Under the pieces are notes generated by a model that was not told the DNA's origin, searched no databases, and worked only from the letters and a program-made list of their open reading frames with translations. From an uncultured virus (IMG/VR IMGVR_UViG_3300021425_000028) (taxonomy: Duplodnaviria > Heunggongvirae > Uroviricota > Caudoviricetes): 64,000 nucleotides of DNA. The position numbers and the translations under genes were made by a program. The stretch lies in IMG/VR virus record IMGVR_UViG_3300021425_000028. One strand, 5' to 3'. Shown here in pieces: positions 59,558-64,000 of this stretch (position 1 is its first letter; each line of letters opens with the position of its first letter).

Positions 59558-62500
59558 ATGAATCAAGACCAAGACAATAAAGCGCTAGATAACCTTTACA
59601 AGGATGCCCAGTCAAAAGGCTATAAAAAGGATGTCTCTGAATTTAAGACTCTTTTAGAGTCTGATGAAAGGGCTTTAGAAGCAGCGTATAAGCTGGCTAC
59701 TGACAAAGGCTATAAGAAAGATGTTGCCGAGTTTGAAACCCTTCTAGGGTTAAAAAAAAAAGAATCCGCGCAGTCAGAAGCATCTACAACTCAACAATCA
59801 AAAAATCCACAGCAAGCTGGTCAATCATCTCAAATGGATGGTCAGCAATCTACGCCATATGGTGTCCAACAACCAAGTCCTCTCGTTGATAAAACGCTTC
59901 CAGTTGGTGTGGCTGCTCCTAAAGAAGGGGGTGAAGTAACTACAGAGTTTCAAGAAAGTATGCGCCCCACAGAAGGTGCTGTAATTGGAGCTAATATTGG
60001 AATTGATAAAGCAAAGGATAAGAAATCTGCAGAGAGTGCGGTAGCTGGTTTTAATGTTGGCATTGAAAAGGCTAATGAAAAGCAGCCTGAAAATACTATG
60101 GCCGTATACTCTGATTACAAAAAATTAGAGCCTCAAATTGAGGAGCTTAATAAGCGTATTGATCAATTCGAATCTTTGGATACTCCAAATAGAAAGGTGA
60201 TTGATGAGCTTACTATTCAGAGAAACGAGCTTGCCGATGCTCAAGCAAAAAATGTAGAGAAGCTTATTAATCCAGTAATTGAAAAAACTAAGGATACGTT
60301 TTGGACTAAAGATGGAGAGGTAAAGCCAGAATTTATTGATAAGAATTTTTATGGATTCAATGTTCCGAATCTTGATGCTATTAGAAGCGAAGCTGATAAG
60401 CTATTCAATGAAGATGCTCAAGGATTAAAGAGAAAGTTCATCAAAGACATGCAGGGGTCTATCCAATTTGGATTAGACGTTGAGAAAAACAACCTTGAAG
60501 ATAGATTTGAAAAAATTCTAAAAGAAAATACTGGGAAATCATTACAAGATTTAATCTCAGAAAACAGCCAAAAGCAATTCGATGAAACGTATGGCAAGGA
60601 TCTAGCCGCCACACTTTCAACTGTTCAAGGTAAAATTGGGGCTTTAGAATCTGAATACACTGAAATACTTAAGGCTGAGCAAGAAAAAGATCAAGCCATT
60701 ATAGATCAAATGAGCGCAGCGTATAAGGAGAAAGCCGAAATATTGACAAGCGCTCCTATTACTACTGTTGAGCAAGAAACTGCTGTAAATCTTGAGTTAT
60801 CCAAATTATTTGATGATTACAACAAGTCAATAGACGAAATAATCGAAACATCTGCTGATAGGCAAAATGAATACAATAGTAGGCTGAACAGGGTTGCTCA
60901 AGAACAAACGGATCTTTACAATAAAAAAGCAGCAGAGCTTTCTGCTAAATTTGAGAGGGAATATAATTTATCTCCAGATGTTGTTGCTGAAATGAATAAA
61001 GCATCTAAAGCAGCGGCAGAGCAGTTACTTCAAGAGGCAAACAAAGCAAAGGAAAAAGTCATATCCTCTATGGATCAGACAAACCAATGGTCAAACAGAT
61101 TGATGACTAGCACCATGTCTTCTATTGGAGGTTTAATGGCTGGATGGGCTGTGTCTGGAGGTGGAGATGGTGCGTTTGGTGATAAGGTGGAGCAGTATTG
61201 GCAACCATCTGTATCACCGGTTAAGTCATTTAAAGACATGACTTTATACTCATTTGAGGAAAGCTCTGGAAACCTTTTAGGTTCTATGATGCCATCAGTA
61301 GCTGCTAGTCTTGGTACAGCGGCTTTAACAAAGAACGCTAGTATGACAACTAGGATTCTTGCCACTGGTGCAGCTGGATGGGCAACTGAAACTATAGATA
61401 TAGCTGGAAGACAATACAAAGAAGCACTTGAGCGAACTGGATCAGAGGCAGAGGCTAAAAATGCAGCTTCAGAGGCTATTGATGCTCAGATTGCAATGTC
61501 TTATATGTATTTAGCAGATGGGCTTCCATTTATCGGTGCGTATAAGAAAATTGCAAATCCGGTTCTCAGAATTGGGACTGGAGCAACAGTTGAATATGTT
61601 ACTGAAGGTATTCAAGAATACGGACAAGGATTAGCAGAGAAGTCAATTTCTGGGTCTAGAGACTATGAAAACTGGTGGTCTGGATATAGAAATAAAGATG
61701 GTTGGATGGAAGGTGGAGCTTCTATGGAGGCGTTTGAAGAGAATATGGTAAATGTGTTGCCAGCTTCATTGACTGGAGTAATAGGGTCTGTAAACGCACA
61801 GAGCAAGTCTATTCTCGATACTAATCCAGACATTGCTATGCAACAACTTGGTGATATGATCATTAAGAAAGGTAAGCCAATGGCAAAACACCAAATCTCA
61901 TTGATTTATAGCCAGGGGCTAATGGATAAGCAAACATTCAATTATTTAGGCCAGCAAATTGATAATTATGAGACAGCAAACTCTAAGGAGTACAATGCTA
62001 TCATGTTTAAAAAGGATCAAGTCAATAAAGAGGCTGAAAAAGAGGAAGATCCAGTAAAGAAAAAGGTTCTAAATAAAGTAGCTCAGTCATATGATGTTTT
62101 AATGGAAGACCTATTAATGGGACGACCTATTAACATGAATACTGTAGATGTTGCTGGAAAGGAGTATCTTGAAGTAACTAACAATCCTATCAAGCAAGTA
62201 GAGATGAATAAGCTTAAGGATGTAAAAATTACCGCTCCGGAAGAAGCTAAAAAGTCTAAAACTACAGTCGAGCAATACGGGGATGAGCAAGAGGTTAAAT
62301 CAAAACAAGCACCAGAAGAAAAAGGAGTATCGGTATCAGATGCTATTACAGGAATCGTTGTGCCGGCTAGTGTAAAAGGAAGGCTTTTGAATGAAGATCA
62401 GTCAAAAGAACTACAGAAAGAAATTGAGTCGAAACAAGTCACTAATTCAACAGAAGTTTTTGATAAGGCCAAAGACGATATTCGTATGAAAGCCTTCAGC

Positions 62501-63031
62501 TATGATGAGCCGATAGCTAAAAAAGAAGTGAACGGAGTAGATGTGCGTATTACTGAAGGGTTAATACGCAATAACGAAAAATCTTATCTTCTTTATGCTG
62601 ACGGTAAAATAGTTGGAGAATTTGAAACTGTAGATGGAGCTAAAAAAGTAGTAGGATTAATTGAAGAGAATCTAGTTCCTTCATTAGAAAGCAATACACT
62701 ATCTCCTTTCATAGAGAAGTTTAATTTAACGGAATCAGAGTCAGCAGAAGGTGTGTTGGTTAATGACCCTAACAGCGATATTCAATTAGCGTTTTCTGAG
62801 TCAACAACGCCTAACACAATTAAACTAGAAAGTATTAGGTCAACAAAGGCAAAACAGGAGTTTGAAGCTCAAGAAGACAATGCATTTAAAGCTAGAAAAT
62901 GGCCAGTAAAATTAACTTTGATTTCCCCAAAACAATTAGCAAATTCAAAAAATCCTATTGAAAACAAGTTAAAGCATGATGATATTAAGGATAGGTACAA
63001 AAAATTAAAAGCATTTATTAATTGTTTGTGA
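59558..63031 (+). CDS. Large internal virion (ejection) protein
   Basis: Repeated N-terminal LY..A..KGYKKDV.EF..LL unit; Gly/Ala amphipathic region with TEGIQE. Confidence 0.6.
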   Translation: MNQDQDNKALDNLYKDAQSKGYKKDVSEFKTLLESDERALEAAYKLATDKGYKKDVAEFETLLGLKKKESAQSEASTTQQSKNPQQAGQSSQMDGQQSTPYGVQQPSPLVDKTLPVGVAAPKEGGEVTTEFQESMRPTEGAVIGANIGIDKAKDKKSAESAVAGFNVGIEKANEKQPENTMAVYSDYKKLEPQIEELNKRIDQFESLDTPNRKVIDELTIQRNELADAQAKNVEKLINPVIEKTKDTFWTKDGEVKPEFIDKNFYGFNVPNLDAIRSEADKLFNEDAQGLKRKFIKDMQGSIQFGLDVEKNNLEDRFEKILKENTGKSLQDLISENSQKQFDETYGKDLAATLSTVQGKIGALESEYTEILKAEQEKDQAIIDQMSAAYKEKAEILTSAPITTVEQETAVNLELSKLFDDYNKSIDEIIETSADRQNEYNSRLNRVAQEQTDLYNKKAAELSAKFEREYNLSPDVVAEMNKASKAAAEQLLQEANKAKEKVISSMDQTNQWSNRLMTSTMSSIGGLMAGWAVSGGGDGAFGDKVEQYWQPSVSPVKSFKDMTLYSFEESSGNLLGSMMPSVAASLGTAALTKNASMTTRILATGAAGWATETIDIAGRQYKEALERTGSEAEAKNAASEAIDAQIAMSYMYLADGLPFIGAYKKIANPVLRIGTGATVEYVTEGIQEYGQGLAEKSISGSRDYENWWSGYRNKDGWMEGGASMEAFEENMVNVLPASLTGVIGSVNAQSKSILDTNPDIAMQQLGDMIIKKGKPMAKHQISLIYSQGLMDKQTFNYLGQQIDNYETANSKEYNAIMFKKDQVNKEAEKEEDPVKKKVLNKVAQSYDVLMEDLLMGRPINMNTVDVAGKEYLEVTNNPIKQVEMNKLKDVKITAPEEAKKSKTTVEQYGDEQEVKSKQAPEEKGVSVSDAITGIVVPASVKGRLLNEDQSKELQKEIESKQVTNSTEVFDKAKDDIRMKAFSYDEPIAKKEVNGVDVRITEGLIRNNEKSYLLYADGKIVGEFETVDGAKKVVGLIEENLVPSLESNTLSPFIEKFNLTESESAEGVLVNDPNSDIQLAFSESTTPNTIKLESIRSTKAKQEFEAQEDNAFKARKWPVKLTLISPKQLANSKNPIENKLKHDDIKDRYKKLKAFINCL

Positions 63032-63435
63032 TGGAAAAAGATAGAGATGATGAAATATTTGAAAGGGAACTTTCGCAAAAGAACCATAAGGAATTAATAT
63101 CCCAGATTAAAAATCTGTCAGAGGCTATTTTAAATAGAAAAGAAGCAGGAATTGAAGATGGCTTAAAGATCTATTTACAAAAAATAGATCATGCGTTAAA
63201 CGCCCTAAATAATAAAAATGAGTCTAGTCCAAAAATTAATGTAAATTTAGAAGAAGCAGTACGCGCGATTGATAGAATCAAGGCTGAAATAGTGGATAGC
63301 AACAATGCTTTTATGCGGTACATGGAGAGCAGGTTAGTTCCTGATAAAATATCCTTTGTAAGAAATTACAGAGGGGTTGCAGATTCAGTCCAAATAACAT
63401 ACAAATCAATTAAAGAACTAAGAGATGGCCGATAA
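63031..63435 (+). CDS. Hypothetical coiled-coil protein
   Basis: Start overlaps the upstream stop. Confidence 0.5.
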   Translation: MEKDRDDEIFERELSQKNHKELISQIKNLSEAILNRKEAGIEDGLKIYLQKIDHALNALNNKNESSPKINVNLEEAVRAIDRIKAEIVDSNNAFMRYMESRLVPDKISFVRNYRGVADSVQITYKSIKELRDGR

Positions 63436-64000
63436 TGTACAGTTAAATTCCCCTACAACTTCTGGAGCTGTTATTGCAACTGATGATATTGCAGGGGTTC
63501 AGCATCAACTTGTAAAGCTTGAGTTCGGAGAAGATGGTTCTGCGACTCAGGTAAGCAACTCAAACCCATTACCGTCTAAAGATTCAGAAGCCATTGCGCT
63601 ACTCGAAAGTTTAGATGGTAAGATTTCAGCTCAAAGTTATACTTCTGAGATCGGGGTAAATTCAACTACAACACCACTAGCTAGTGGTGCTACATTTACA
63701 GGGGTTGGAGAGCTATCAAATCTACCCAATGTTATGGTCATTTGTAAGACCGACAACACAGGAACTCTATTTTTTGATTTTTCACCTGATGGAACAAATT
63801 GGGACTCAACATTTCCTACAGCAGGATTTCAAGTAAAGGCGGGTATAAATGAGTTTCATACAGCAATAAAAGGAGCAAGGTATTTTAGAGTTCGTTTAGT
63901 TAATGATACAGGCGCTCAAACATATTTAAGGCTTTACACTTATTACGGGTCAAACTTTGTACCTAGTAACGCCCCATTAAATCAAATCGCTGGATTAGAC
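63425..64000 (+). CDS. Structural/fiber-like protein, truncated by the window end
   Basis: MADNVQLNSPTTSGAVIATDDIAGVQHQLVK..; open to 64000. Confidence 0.6.
   Translation, partial: MADNVQLNSPTTSGAVIATDDIAGVQHQLVKLEFGEDGSATQVSNSNPLPSKDSEAIALLESLDGKISAQSYTSEIGVNSTTTPLASGATFTGVGELSNLPNVMVICKTDNTGTLFFDFSPDGTNWDSTFPTAGFQVKAGINEFHTAIKGARYFRVRLVNDTGAQTYLRLYTYYGSNFVPSNAPLNQIAGLD

Noticed and set aside
1..64000. Stop-codon reassignment as in some crAss-like phages
   Set aside because: Long genes (TerL, portal, MCP, nozzle) are intact in the standard code, TAG and TGA both end real genes, and no suppressor tRNA was seen.

Overview
Part of a tailed dsDNA phage genome infecting Bacteroidetes (TAnnTTTG promoters throughout; standard genetic code). 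It has a crAss-like podoviral morphogenesis module: scaffold/MCP/structural/lysis genes at 0.1-10.7 kb, and GroEL/GroES-like, terminase, portal, tail and ejection genes at 41-64 kb. Between them lies a mostly minus-strand early/replication block (SSAP, RecE-like exonuclease, DUF3127, VRR-NUC, HNHs). The standout element is a three-tRNA operon (Pro-UGG, Gln-UUG, His-GUG) preceded by a trp/his-style ribosome-dependent attenuator whose 20-aa leader peptide is enriched in the codons those tRNAs read. Other notable elements: an array of ~130-nt attC-like sites delimiting gene cassettes; a 4,985-bp IS1595-family transposon with perfect 25-bp TIRs and an 8-bp TSD, carrying DUF3800 plus a putative sRNA, a HEPN-like gene and a tRNA(CAU); an HNH gene framed by mutually pairing flanks; and GTCTTAC iteron-like repeats at an RHH gene. 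All protein calls are from motif recognition by eye; no searches were run.
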